From the NCBI GenBank assembly GCA_029203145.1, contig CP119309.1, positions 1,386,472 to 1,450,471 on the forward strand: a stretch of 64,000 nucleotides of DNA, given 5' to 3'. The notes below the pieces were generated by a model. The model saw only the letters and a program-made list of their open reading frames with translations. It was not told the origin of the DNA and ran no database searches. Position 1 is the first letter of the stretch. The number at the start of each line of letters is the position of its first letter. The position numbers and the translations under genes are program-made. This DNA comes from Candidatus Brevundimonas phytovorans. Lineage in GTDB: Bacteria > Pseudomonadota > Alphaproteobacteria > Caulobacterales > Caulobacteraceae. This document shows positions 8,537 through 17,449 of this stretch, in pieces.

Positions 8537-10492
8537 TCAGAACCGGACGCGAACGCCGCCGAACACGCCGCGACCGGCCGTGCCGTAGTTCAGGACCGTC
8601 TGATAGTCCTCGTCGAAGGCGTTCTCGATCCGGCCATAGACCTCGAGGTTGTCATCGATCGGATAGGAGACCCGGAGGTCGACCAGGGTGTATTCGCCCA
8701 CGACGACGGTGTTGGCGTCGTTGTTGAACGTCTCGCCCACATAGCGCACCGCCACGCCCGTCTTCAGGCCAAAGGCGAAGGCGTAGTCGGCGGCCAGGTT
8801 GGCCATGTGCTCGGGGCGACGCGTCAGACGCTTGCCGTCCGTCGCGCCCGAGGCGCTCTTGGCGTCGGTCCAGGTGTAGTTAGCGCTGAGGTTAAGGCGG
8901 TCGGTCACATCGACGCGAGCGACCAGTTCGACGCCTTGCGCCTCGGTCTTCTGGACGTTCTTGTAATAGCCCCAGCGGCCGACGCCGTTCACCGTGCACA
9001 GCGGGTCGGTCGTGCCGAAGTCGCAGCCGTTGTAACGGATCTCGTTATCAGCCTGACGGTTGAAGTAGGTCGCCGAAACCACGGCGCGATCGAACAGACG
9101 CTGCTCGACGCCGACTTCCCAGCTGTCGAACTCTTCCGGCTGCAGCGTCAGATTGCCGTACTCACTGTAAAGCTCATACAGACCCGGCGCGCGGAAGCCC
9201 TGCCCCCAGCTGGCGCGCACCACAGTGTCGCCGTCGTTCAGAGCCCAGGCCGCCGCGACCTGACCCAGCAGGTTGTCGCCGTATTGGGCGTGGTCGTCGT
9301 AACGCAGGCCGCCGGTCAGGGTCAGGCCGTCGAGCACGGTCCACTGAACCTGGGCATAGGCGCTGTCCAGGTCCGCCTGACCGCGCGCGAAGGCCGGGTT
9401 CAGATTGAAGGCCGACGGCGAGCGGGTGCGCATTTCCGAACGCTCGCTCTCGATGCCGAAAGTGGTGTTCAGCGCCTCGGTAACGGCGAACGTGCCCTGG
9501 TATTCCCAGCGACGGTTCTCGCCCGCTGCGTCGAAGGTCAGCGGCTGAGCCAGGGTCTCCGGGTTGTAGTTGCGGCGGTTGGTGTCGGTGTAGGCATAGC
9601 CGATCCGGTTGCGGAAACGGCCGTCCAGCAGGTCGAAGTTGAGGCCCGCATAGCCGACCAATTCCTTGGTCTTGCCGTACTCGCGGCTGTCGCCGTTCCA
9701 GGCGTCAAAGTCATTCTGACCGCTGGACCAGACCGAGCGCAGGTCCAGCGAGACGGCGTCCGTGATCTTCAGGTTCAGGCGGCCCGACAGGCCGGTGTTG
9801 GTGTAGCCGTCGTCCTCGGTTCCCGTCGCATAGGCCGAGAAGCCGTCGGTATCATAGCGGCTGGCCGCCAGACGCCAGCTCAGACGGTCATTGGCGCCGC
9901 CGACGCCGCCGCGGAAGTAGGTCGTGCCGCGCGAACCCGCTTCGGCGTCGAGCGAGCCTTGCAGGGCCTCGGTCGGTTCGGCGGTGACGATGTTGACCAC
10001 ACCGCCGATGGCCTGGCTACCCCACAGGGTCGACTGGGCGCCGCGCAGGACCTCGATGCGTGCGGTGTCGCCGACCAGCAGGTTTCCGAAGTTGAAGCCG
10101 CCCTGGGTCGAGGACGGGTCGTTCAGCTTGACCCCGTCGATCAGGACGACAGTGTGCTGGCTCTCGGCGCCGCGAATGTTGACGCCCGCGGCAGCGCCGA
10201 CGCCGCCATTCCGAGTGTAGCTGACGCCCGGCGTCTGGGCCAGAAGCTCGGCCACGGCGGGGGTCTGGCGGGCTTCGATGGCGGCCTGGGTCAGGACCGT
10301 GACCGAGGCGCCGACGCGCTCGATGGGCTGGGCCGAACGGTTGGCGGTGACGATGACGTCGGCCACGGCGGTGGCGCCGGCGCGACCGGCCACGTCAGGC
10401 GCGGCGGCCTTCTGATCCAGATCTTCGGCGGCGGCGGGGAATGCGGCCAGAAGGCTGGCGGCAGCGAGGGTGGCATAGGCGATCCGGTTCAT
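8537..10492 (-). CDS. btuB: TonB-dependent cobalamin receptor
   Basis: Signal peptide, VIVTANR TonB box, plug motifs LIDGVKL and IEVLRGAQSTLWG, C-terminal Phe; downstream of B12 riboswitch; AAGGAG before ATG 10492. Confidence 0.93.
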   Translation of the reverse strand: MNRIAYATLAAASLLAAFPAAAEDLDQKAAAPDVAGRAGATAVADVIVTANRSAQPIERVGASVTVLTQAAIEARQTPAVAELLAQTPGVSYTRNGGVGAAAGVNIRGAESQHTVVLIDGVKLNDPSSTQGGFNFGNLLVGDTARIEVLRGAQSTLWGSQAIGGVVNIVTAEPTEALQGSLDAEAGSRGTTYFRGGVGGANDRLSWRLAASRYDTDGFSAYATGTEDDGYTNTGLSGRLNLKITDAVSLDLRSVWSSGQNDFDAWNGDSREYGKTKELVGYAGLNFDLLDGRFRNRIGYAYTDTNRRNYNPETLAQPLTFDAAGENRRWEYQGTFAVTEALNTTFGIESERSEMRTRSPSAFNLNPAFARGQADLDSAYAQVQWTVLDGLTLTGGLRYDDHAQYGDNLLGQVAAAWALNDGDTVVRASWGQGFRAPGLYELYSEYGNLTLQPEEFDSWEVGVEQRLFDRAVVSATYFNRQADNEIRYNGCDFGTTDPLCTVNGVGRWGYYKNVQKTEAQGVELVARVDVTDRLNLSANYTWTDAKSASGATDGKRLTRRPEHMANLAADYAFAFGLKTGVAVRYVGETFNNDANTVVVGEYTLVDLRVSYPIDDNLEVYGRIENAFDEDYQTVLNYGTAGRGVFGGVRVRF

Positions 10493-10639
10493 CCGGCGGC
10501 TCCTTGACGACGCCGGCCAACAGCCTCCCAAATGCCCATCGGACACGCGGAAGGGACCGCTGGCGCGGCTGGTTTACGACTGTCGTCACACGAGTCACCT
10601 CGACCGCTCGGCACATCCCGACCGCGCGGAGAACGACGG

Positions 10640-10825
10640 CGACAGGCAGGTCTCCTGGCTCACGGATCAACGCCGGTGCGCGTCGCCTTCCCAGAAATCC
10701 TTCGGGTCGAAACCGTCCAGATCGCCAGTGGCTATTGACGCGCGGGCTAGCCGCTTACAGTTGCGGGAACAGCCGGAGCATTAAACTCCGTTCCCTTTTG
10801 ATCCCCTCACGGGGAACCTGACGCG
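10640..10825 (-). promoter_or_regulatory. Cobalamin (AdoCbl) riboswitch
   Basis: Minus strand shows AGGTTCC...AAAAGGGAA...CCCGCAACTGTAA...GCCACTG...TGGGAAGG...AGCCAGGAGACCTGCC in the canonical order; boundaries approximate. Confidence 0.95.
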
Positions 10826-10873
10826 ATGGTGGCAGTAGGACCGCGCGCTGCTCAGGTCAACCGGAGACGATCA

Positions 10874-11395
10874 ATGAGCCTAACCCTGGTCCTGGGCGGC
10901 GCCCGCTCGGGCAAGAGCGCCTATGCCCAAAAGCAGGCCGAACGGGCGGCTGCGGGCACGGGCCGCCCTCCCCTGATGCTCGCCACCGCCGAAGCCTTCG
11001 ACGACGAGATGCGCGACCGCATCAACCGCCACCGTGAAGAACGCGGCGACGGCTGGCGTACCCGCGAGGTTCCGCTGGACCTGGCCGCGGCCATCCGCGA
11101 CCTGAGGCCTGAGGATGTCGTGGTCGTGGACTGCCTGACCCTGTGGCTCAGCAATCAGATGCTTGGCGGCCGCGACGTCGCCGCCGCCATTGACGACCTG
11201 GCCAGCGCGCTTGCGGCCTGTCCTGCCGCCGCCTGGGTCGTCAGCAACGAGGTCGGCTGGTCATTGGTGCCGGAGACCGCGCTTGGGCGCCGTTTTCGCG
11301 ATGCGGCCGGGCGATTGAACCAGCGGATCGCGGCTGTCGCTGACAGCACCTGCCTAATCGTCGCCGGGATGCGCCTGGCCCTTCATCCCGCCTAG
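10874..11395 (+). CDS. cobU: Bifunctional adenosylcobinamide kinase / cobinamide-phosphate guanylyltransferase
   Basis: LVLGGARSGKS, DDEMRDRI, VDCLTLWLSN, VSNEVG, FRDAAGRLNQ. Confidence 0.95.
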   Translation: MSLTLVLGGARSGKSAYAQKQAERAAAGTGRPPLMLATAEAFDDEMRDRINRHREERGDGWRTREVPLDLAAAIRDLRPEDVVVVDCLTLWLSNQMLGGRDVAAAIDDLASALAACPAAAWVVSNEVGWSLVPETALGRRFRDAAGRLNQRIAAVADSTCLIVAGMRLALHPA

Positions 11396-11531
11396 AGCCC
11401 CGGACGCGCCGCCCTGTCCCCCTCCATGAAGATCTCGGCGTGTATGGCTGTTCAGCGCCAGATGCGGGCATCGGTTCAATGAGGCAAAGCAGACCTGGCG
11501 ACTGACAGCGCGGCTGGATCCGATCCGGGCG

Positions 11532-12431
11532 TCAGGACGCCGAGAAACGTCTTGTCATATAGTCCATCAACGCGGCGACACGCGCCGGACGCGGTCCGCC
11601 GCCGGGCGCGACAAGGTGGACGGAAATAGGCGGCAAGGCCCAATCCGTCATGACGGTCTCTAGCCGCCCCTCGGCGACGTCCCGCCCGTAGATGAAGTCC
11701 GGCTGGACGGCGATGCCCAGGCCGGCGCACAGGGCGGCGGTCAAGGCGTCGGCGTTGTTGGCGCGCAGCGGGCCGGTCGGGCGCACCAAGACCTCTTCTC
11801 CGCTCTCATGCACCAGACGCCAGGTCTCGCCGCTAGGCAAATAGGCGTATCCAAGGCAGGCATGACGGGCCAAATCATCAGGATGGGTCGGACGGCCTCG
11901 TTGCTCCAGATAGTCGGGAGAAGCCACCAGATGGCGACGAACTGGCCTTAGCTTACGAGCGGTAAGCGACGAATCCGGCAGTGCGGCGATGCGAAGGGCG
12001 CAGTCAAAGCCCTCCCCCACCAGATCCACAGTCGCGTCCGACAGGTGCAGATCCACCGATACGTCAGGGTGTGTAGCCAGGAACTCAGGCAGGGCCGGCG
12101 CCACATAGGCCATGCCGAACGACATGGGCGCGGCCAGACGCACCAGCCCGCGCGGCATGACAGCCTGATCCAGAGCCTCGCCCTCGGCGGCTTCCGCCTC
12201 GGCTACCATCAGACTGGCGCGCGCCGCCATCGACCGTCCTGAATCCGTCAGGGAAAAGCGGCGCGACGTCCGGTGCAGCAGGGTGGTGCCCAGGCGCAGC
12301 TCCAGTCGCGACACCGCCTTGGACACCGTCGCCTTTGACAGGGCCAGGGCGTCCGCAGCGCCCGAGAAGGACTGGGTCTCAGCGACCTTGGCGAAGATCG
12401 CCATGGCTTCAAGATCGGGGAGCTTTGACAT
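11532..12431 (-). CDS. LysR family regulator (DmlR/CrgA-like)
   Basis: SFSGAA...VSKAVSRLE...LLHRTSR HTH; VDLVGEGFDCALRI; start MSKLPDL. Confidence 0.92.
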   Translation of the reverse strand: MSKLPDLEAMAIFAKVAETQSFSGAADALALSKATVSKAVSRLELRLGTTLLHRTSRRFSLTDSGRSMAARASLMVAEAEAAEGEALDQAVMPRGLVRLAAPMSFGMAYVAPALPEFLATHPDVSVDLHLSDATVDLVGEGFDCALRIAALPDSSLTARKLRPVRRHLVASPDYLEQRGRPTHPDDLARHACLGYAYLPSGETWRLVHESGEEVLVRPTGPLRANNADALTAALCAGLGIAVQPDFIYGRDVAEGRLETVMTDWALPPISVHLVAPGGGPRPARVAALMDYMTRRFSAS

Positions 12432-12440
12432 CACTTCTCC

Positions 12441-12455
12441 GAAACGATGAGTTTC
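12441..12455. promoter_or_regulatory. Candidate LysR operator
   Basis: GAAAC-GATGA-GTTTC dyad between divergent LysR and pirin genes. Confidence 0.5.
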
Positions 12456-12553
12456 ATTCGTTTCTATTTCTGAACTCAACCTGATCGCTATCCTGATTTC
12501 ACACAAGAGCGCCGGGCGGTTCCGGGCTCTGAGAGACATTCAGGATCAAGACC

Positions 12554-13252
12554 ATGATCGAACTGCGCCCCTTCGACAGCCTCGGCGGCGAAAACCACGG
12601 CTGGCTGAACGCCAAGCACCACTTCTCCTTCGCCAACTACTATGACCCGAAGCGCATGAGCTGGGGTTCGCTGCGGGTCTGGAACGACGACGAAATCCAG
12701 GCGGGAACAGGCTTCCCTCCCCACCCGCACTCGGACATGGAAATCATCACCTACGTCCGCGACGGGGCCATCACCCACGAGGACAACCTGGGCAACCGGG
12801 GTCGTACCGAAGCCGGCGACGTTCAGGTCATGAGCGCCGGCAACGGCGTGCGTCACTCCGAGTTCAACCTGGAATCCGAAACCACTCGGATCTTCCAGAT
12901 CTGGATCGAGCCGACCCGTCGTGGCGAAGACGCCAGCTGGGGCGCCAAGCCCTTCCCCAAGGGCGACCGCGCCGGACAGTTCGTGGTCCTGGCCTCGGGT
13001 TTTGAGGACGATGCCGACGCCCTGCCGCTTCGCACCGACGCCCGCGTCGTAGCGGCCACGCTTAAGGCCGGCGAGACGGCGTCTTATCCTCTGGGCGCCC
13101 AGCGCCGCGCCTACCTGGTCCCCGCCAAGGGCTCCATCGACGTCAACGGCGTGGTCGGGAACGCTCGCGACGGCCTGGCCGTTCGCGATGTCGAGACCCT
13201 GATCGTCACCGCCCTGACCGACAGCGAAATCGTGCTCGTCGACGCCGCCTGA
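12554..13252 (+). CDS. Pirin family protein (YhhW-like)
   Basis: HHFSF, LRVWNDD, GFPPHPHSDMEIITY, MSAGNGVRHSE. Confidence 0.93.
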   Translation: MIELRPFDSLGGENHGWLNAKHHFSFANYYDPKRMSWGSLRVWNDDEIQAGTGFPPHPHSDMEIITYVRDGAITHEDNLGNRGRTEAGDVQVMSAGNGVRHSEFNLESETTRIFQIWIEPTRRGEDASWGAKPFPKGDRAGQFVVLASGFEDDADALPLRTDARVVAATLKAGETASYPLGAQRRAYLVPAKGSIDVNGVVGNARDGLAVRDVETLIVTALTDSEIVLVDAA

Positions 13253-13302
13253 TTGTCTCTCTGTAAGCGTCCTTCAGAACCCTCATTCAACGGAATCCGA
13301 CC

Positions 13303-14136
13303 ATGCCCTTCGTCACCACCTCCGACGGCGTCGACATCTTCTACAAGGACTGGGGGCCGCGCGACGGGCGCCCCCTGGTCTTCCACCACGGCTGGCCGCT
13401 CAGCTCGGACGACTGGGACGCCCAGACGCTGTTTTTCGTCAACAGAGGCTATCGCGTCATCGCGCATGACCGTCGCGGCCATGGGCGCTCGACCCAGGTC
13501 TCCGATGGTCACGATATGGATCATTACGCCGCCGACTTCGAAGCCGTGGCCGCAGCCCTGAACCTGAAGGGCGCCGTCCATATCGGCCACTCTACTGGCG
13601 GCGGCGAAGTGGCTCGCTATGTCGCAAAATACGGCGCCGGTCGGGGCGTGGCCAAGGCTGTTCTGATCGGCGCCGTGCCTCCGATCATGCTCAAGACCGA
13701 AGCCAATCCCGAAGGTCTGCCGTTGGAGGTCTTCGACAGCTTCCGAGAAGGCGTCGCCAACAACCGCGCGCAGTTCTATCGCGACGTGGCGGCCGGCCCC
13801 TTCTACGGCTTCAACCGCCCCGGCGCCGAGCCGGTCGCCGGGGTGATCGACAACTGGTGGCGTCAGGGCATGATGGGCGGCGCCAAGGCCCACTATGACG
13901 GGGTGAAGGCCTTCTCGGAAACCGACTTCACTGAGGACCTGAAGGCGATCGAGGTTCCGACCCTGATCCTGCATGGCGACGACGACCAGGTCGTGCCGAT
14001 CGCAGATTCCGCCCACAAGGCCATCAAGTTGCTGAAGAACGGCCAGCTCAAGGTCTATCCCGGCTATCCGCACGGCATGGCGACCGTCAACGCAGACGTC
14101 ATCAACGCCGACCTGCTGGCCTTCATCGAAGGCTGA
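13303..14136 (+). CDS. cpo: Non-heme chloroperoxidase-like alpha/beta hydrolase
   Basis: YKDWG, FHHGWPLSSDDW, DRRGHGRS, GHSTGGGE, HGDDDQVVP, YPHG. Confidence 0.9.
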   Translation: MPFVTTSDGVDIFYKDWGPRDGRPLVFHHGWPLSSDDWDAQTLFFVNRGYRVIAHDRRGHGRSTQVSDGHDMDHYAADFEAVAAALNLKGAVHIGHSTGGGEVARYVAKYGAGRGVAKAVLIGAVPPIMLKTEANPEGLPLEVFDSFREGVANNRAQFYRDVAAGPFYGFNRPGAEPVAGVIDNWWRQGMMGGAKAHYDGVKAFSETDFTEDLKAIEVPTLILHGDDDQVVPIADSAHKAIKLLKNGQLKVYPGYPHGMATVNADVINADLLAFIEG

Positions 14137-14156
14137 ATTCCTCAGTAATCCTCATC

Positions 14157-14190
14157 AAAAGGGCCGCCCCGTGTGCGACACGGGGCGGTC
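14157..14190. terminator. Probable intrinsic terminator between convergent genes
   Basis: Stem GCCGCCCCGTGT-GCG-ACACGGGGCGGT with an A-run on the left (U-run on minus strand). Confidence 0.6.
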
Positions 14191-14367
14191 GTGCTGGACC
14201 GCGACTAATTCTCGATGGCCGAGGACGAGATCGTCCATGTCGAGAGCGACCTGACCCTGCTGGGCGGCCAGGTGGTCTGGGGCGCCGTCTCCATTCTGGC
14301 CGTGCTCGGGGTCCTTATTCATGGAGCGGCGACAGGCCGTGGCCGGCGCCCTGCCCGCCAGTTCGGT

Positions 14368-15732
14368 CTACGGCGCTGCGCGCGCGAGAAGGCGTCCGTC
14401 GCCATAGGTTCCGTCCAGCCGGCCTGTCCGCGCCCAGTCCAGCACCGCCTGATAGTAGCCCGAGGCATAGCCGAGCGAGGTTCTCGCGCCGTCTGGCGCC
14501 GTTTCGAACCGGACAATGCCGTGGTCGGTATCCGGGTATTCCAGCAGGGTGACGGGTCGGCCCTGCGCCGCCAGATCAATGAGCCGCTTGCGGGTCGCGT
14601 CAGGCGGGGCGCCGATATCATTTTCCGCCTGGATCCACAGCATGGGCGTATCCAGACTGTTCAGCACCGGCAGGGGATCATAGTCCCAGGATGTCCCCAG
14701 ATCGAGGACAGGGGCCATGGCGATGATCTGATCGTTCGGCGTGTTCAACAGAAAGCCGGTGAACTCGCCCTTGATGTCCGCGAACCAGGGCTCCGCGCCA
14801 TATCTGGCCCGCACGGCCTCCAGATCGCCAAAGCCAGTCTTGCCGTGGGAGGCGATGAAGGCGCTGGAGACGTCGGTGATCGCGCGCGCCTGTTCGAGGA
14901 CGTCGGCGCCCCACCCCTTGGCCTTGAGATCCAGAATCACCTGATCGCTGTCTTCCGAAAGCGCGCCATAGGCTAGGCCGAAGGCCACGGTGACGAAGTC
15001 GACAGGTGTCTGGCTGGCGGCGAGCGGCGCGATCCAGCCGCCCTGGCTCGCGCCGTGCAGACCGACCCGTCCAGCTCGCGTTCCGGCAAGACGGCGCGCC
15101 TCCAACACCGCTGCCGCTGCGTCTTCAGCCAGCACATGAAAGTCTTGCGTATAGCGCCCCTCCGATCCGCCCGACCCTCGCTTGGCGTAGACAAAGACGC
15201 CGACACCCGACGCGGGCGCGAACCGCTGGAAGGGGTTGAAGTCCAGCGCATTGGCGCCTTCTGACCCGTGCACCTCGACCATGATCGGAACTGGTCCATC
15301 TCCCGGCGGCAGGATCAGGCGTCCGTTCAGACGGGTTCCGCCCTGCCCGATGAATGTCGTGGCCAGGGTGTCCAGGGCCATCCGATGGCCAGGCTTCCCT
15401 TCAAACGCGATCCGCGCCTCGTCGCAGCGCCCAAGCTGAGGTTGCGGGCCTTCGACACGGGTAGTCCAGCCCAGCGTGCTGACCCAATGACCGTCGGCGC
15501 CCGGCATCATCTTCGCCGAGGTCCCGTCCAGGCGACGCCACCGAAGCCCCCTGCTCTCAAGCGGTGCGACATCCACCCAACTGCCGTCTTCAAGTCGGTA
15601 GATCCCCACGTGGCACGCCACGGCCGGGTCCGGTCGCGCATCGACATCGGCGCCTGGCAACTGGGCGGCCGCAGGGAATGCTGCTGAAAAGATGATGAAG
15701 GCCAGCGTGCTGGCGAGCCAGGATTGCGACAC
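14368..15732 (-). CDS. Secreted alpha/beta hydrolase (S9/S15-like)
   Basis: Signal peptide (AAAQ), HGSEG, GASQGG elbow, AEND and DHG acid/His; GTG start 15732 preferred, ATG 15774 possible. Confidence 0.8.
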   Translation of the reverse strand: MSQSWLASTLAFIIFSAAFPAAAQLPGADVDARPDPAVACHVGIYRLEDGSWVDVAPLESRGLRWRRLDGTSAKMMPGADGHWVSTLGWTTRVEGPQPQLGRCDEARIAFEGKPGHRMALDTLATTFIGQGGTRLNGRLILPPGDGPVPIMVEVHGSEGANALDFNPFQRFAPASGVGVFVYAKRGSGGSEGRYTQDFHVLAEDAAAAVLEARRLAGTRAGRVGLHGASQGGWIAPLAASQTPVDFVTVAFGLAYGALSEDSDQVILDLKAKGWGADVLEQARAITDVSSAFIASHGKTGFGDLEAVRARYGAEPWFADIKGEFTGFLLNTPNDQIIAMAPVLDLGTSWDYDPLPVLNSLDTPMLWIQAENDIGAPPDATRKRLIDLAAQGRPVTLLEYPDTDHGIVRFETAPDGARTSLGYASGYYQAVLDWARTGRLDGTYGDGRLLARAAP

Positions 15733-15843
15733 GGGTTTTTCCTGCGTGAAGGGTGTGTTCTCGCCCAACGCCATTGCTCCGGGAGCGACGGCTCGCTAGG
15801 CCCGAATTCGCGAACGGCGCCACAGGTGCGCGAACGGGGCTGC

Positions 15844-16620
15844 ATGGGTCACAGCGACAAGGTCATCATCGGAACGGGGACCGCGCGACGCCGGGTGATC
15901 GACGCCGTCATGCTCGTTGCGATGGGGGTGCTGCTGGGCTTTCTCGGCCCCTTCGACTCGGACAGCGCCCCAATCGGAACCCGTTACGCCTACTGGATCG
16001 CCTGCATGCTGGGCGGGGGACTGATCGCCGTCGCGGTGGACGAAGGGTTCGGCCGACGCTTGCCTGTGGCGTGGAAACGGGTGGTTGCAACCTCGACGCT
16101 CGCAACGCCGCTCGTGGCGCTGTTCGTCCTGACCACTCAGTGCTTCCTCTTCGGCGAGATCCTGGGATGGCCGATCTACATGCCGCTGCTCTGGCAGGTC
16201 TTGCCGATCATGCTGGCGGCCATGACGGTCAGAGCCCTGGTTTGGCGGCAATTGCCTGTGCGGGTCGAGGCGCGAACCATCGTCGCGCCGCCGCTGCCCG
16301 AGGCCGAGGCGGCGTTCCGGCGACGGCTTTCAGCCAAGCGTCGCGGGGCGCGCTTGATCGCTGTCGAGGCCCACGATCATTACCTGAAGGTCCATACCGA
16401 CGCTGGCCCGGAGTTGATCACGCTTCGCTTTTCGGACGCGATGGAGGACCTGGCGCAAGCGCACGGATGGCGGGTACACCGCTCCTGGTGGGTGGCGGCT
16501 GACGCAATCGAAGAGGTGCGCTGGCATCGTGGCGGCGGCGAGATAAGCCTCACTGGCAACCGGAGGGCCCCCGTCAGCCGGACCTACATTGCCCGATTGA
16601 AAGAGGCCGGCTGGTTCTAA
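15844..16620 (+). CDS. Membrane-anchored LytTR family DNA-binding protein
   Basis: Several hydrophobic helices, then AVEAHDHYLKVHT...GWRVHRSWWV...PVSRTY LytTR domain. Confidence 0.88.
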   Translation: MGHSDKVIIGTGTARRRVIDAVMLVAMGVLLGFLGPFDSDSAPIGTRYAYWIACMLGGGLIAVAVDEGFGRRLPVAWKRVVATSTLATPLVALFVLTTQCFLFGEILGWPIYMPLLWQVLPIMLAAMTVRALVWRQLPVRVEARTIVAPPLPEAEAAFRRRLSAKRRGARLIAVEAHDHYLKVHTDAGPELITLRFSDAMEDLAQAHGWRVHRSWWVAADAIEEVRWHRGGGEISLTGNRRAPVSRTYIARLKEAGWF

Positions 16621-16752
16621 AAAGCGGGTCCGACCATTCGCTATGTCAACCGATGACATGCAGCCACGACGTGAATGCGCCAGGCACGGTCCTTCGATCA
16701 CCACCGAGCCCCGACATTCGACGGGGGCGGATGCGATGAAACCCCGCCGATC

Positions 16753-17346
16753 TCAGGCCCCGGACGAGACCGAAACAGCCTCTCCGTCCCGACGCTGTCC
16801 TCGTGTGCTGTCGTCGATCCAGTTTCGCGCTTCTTGCAAGATCTCATCGGACAGGGCGGGATCGTCGACGGTGCGCGCCATGACCAGCGCGCCCACCAGA
16901 GACGCCCAGGCGCCGATCGCCGCCCGCCGGGCGTTTGGCGATTCTGTCTGGCCGATTGCTGACGTGATGCGATCAATCTGGGATTTGAAACCAGAGGTCA
17001 TCGCCTGGCGCGCAGCCGGGGTCTGACGGCGGACGTCGGCGATCAAGGCGGCCGTAGGACACCCTCTGGCGACGCTGTCGCGGTGCCTGGGGGACAGATA
17101 GGCGTCGAGGATCTCGACTAGATCCTCGGGGCCTGACCGCTCCGTGCCGAAGATGTGGGCGATCGTCTGGGCGATCAGATCGTCCTTTGATTCAAAGTGC
17201 CCGTAGAAGCCGCCGTGGGTCAGGCCGGCGGCCTTCATCACCTCCGCCACGCTGACCGCCTCGAAGCCCTTCTCGCGGAACAGCCGTCCGGCGGCGTCCA
17301 GGATTCGCGTCCTGTTGGCCTGCATCTGCTCGCGCGTCACTCTCAT
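16753..17346 (-). CDS. TetR/AcrR family regulator
   Basis: ILDAAGRLFREKGFEAVSVAEVMKAAGLTHGGFYGHF; RGCP motif. Confidence 0.92.
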   Translation of the reverse strand: MRVTREQMQANRTRILDAAGRLFREKGFEAVSVAEVMKAAGLTHGGFYGHFESKDDLIAQTIAHIFGTERSGPEDLVEILDAYLSPRHRDSVARGCPTAALIADVRRQTPAARQAMTSGFKSQIDRITSAIGQTESPNARRAAIGAWASLVGALVMARTVDDPALSDEILQEARNWIDDSTRGQRRDGEAVSVSSGA

Positions 17347-17369
17347 TCCGAAATCCTTCGAACCGTCTG

Positions 17370-17422
17370 TTGACACTTAGATGATGGGCATCATATTTGG
17401 CAACTAAGATGATGCCCATCAT
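17370..17422 (+). promoter_or_regulatory. Promoter with two TetR-type operators
   Basis: TTGACA at 17370; ATGATG-GG-CATCAT 17381-17394 and ATGATG-CC-CATCAT 17409-17422. Confidence 0.7.
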
Positions 17423-17449
17423 GAAAAAGACCCTCAAGGAGCCGCATCC

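Noticed and set aside
726-11395. De novo B12 biosynthesis cluster
   Set aside because: No precorrin methyltransferases, chelatase or cobB in the window; cysG serves siroheme in the cys operon.
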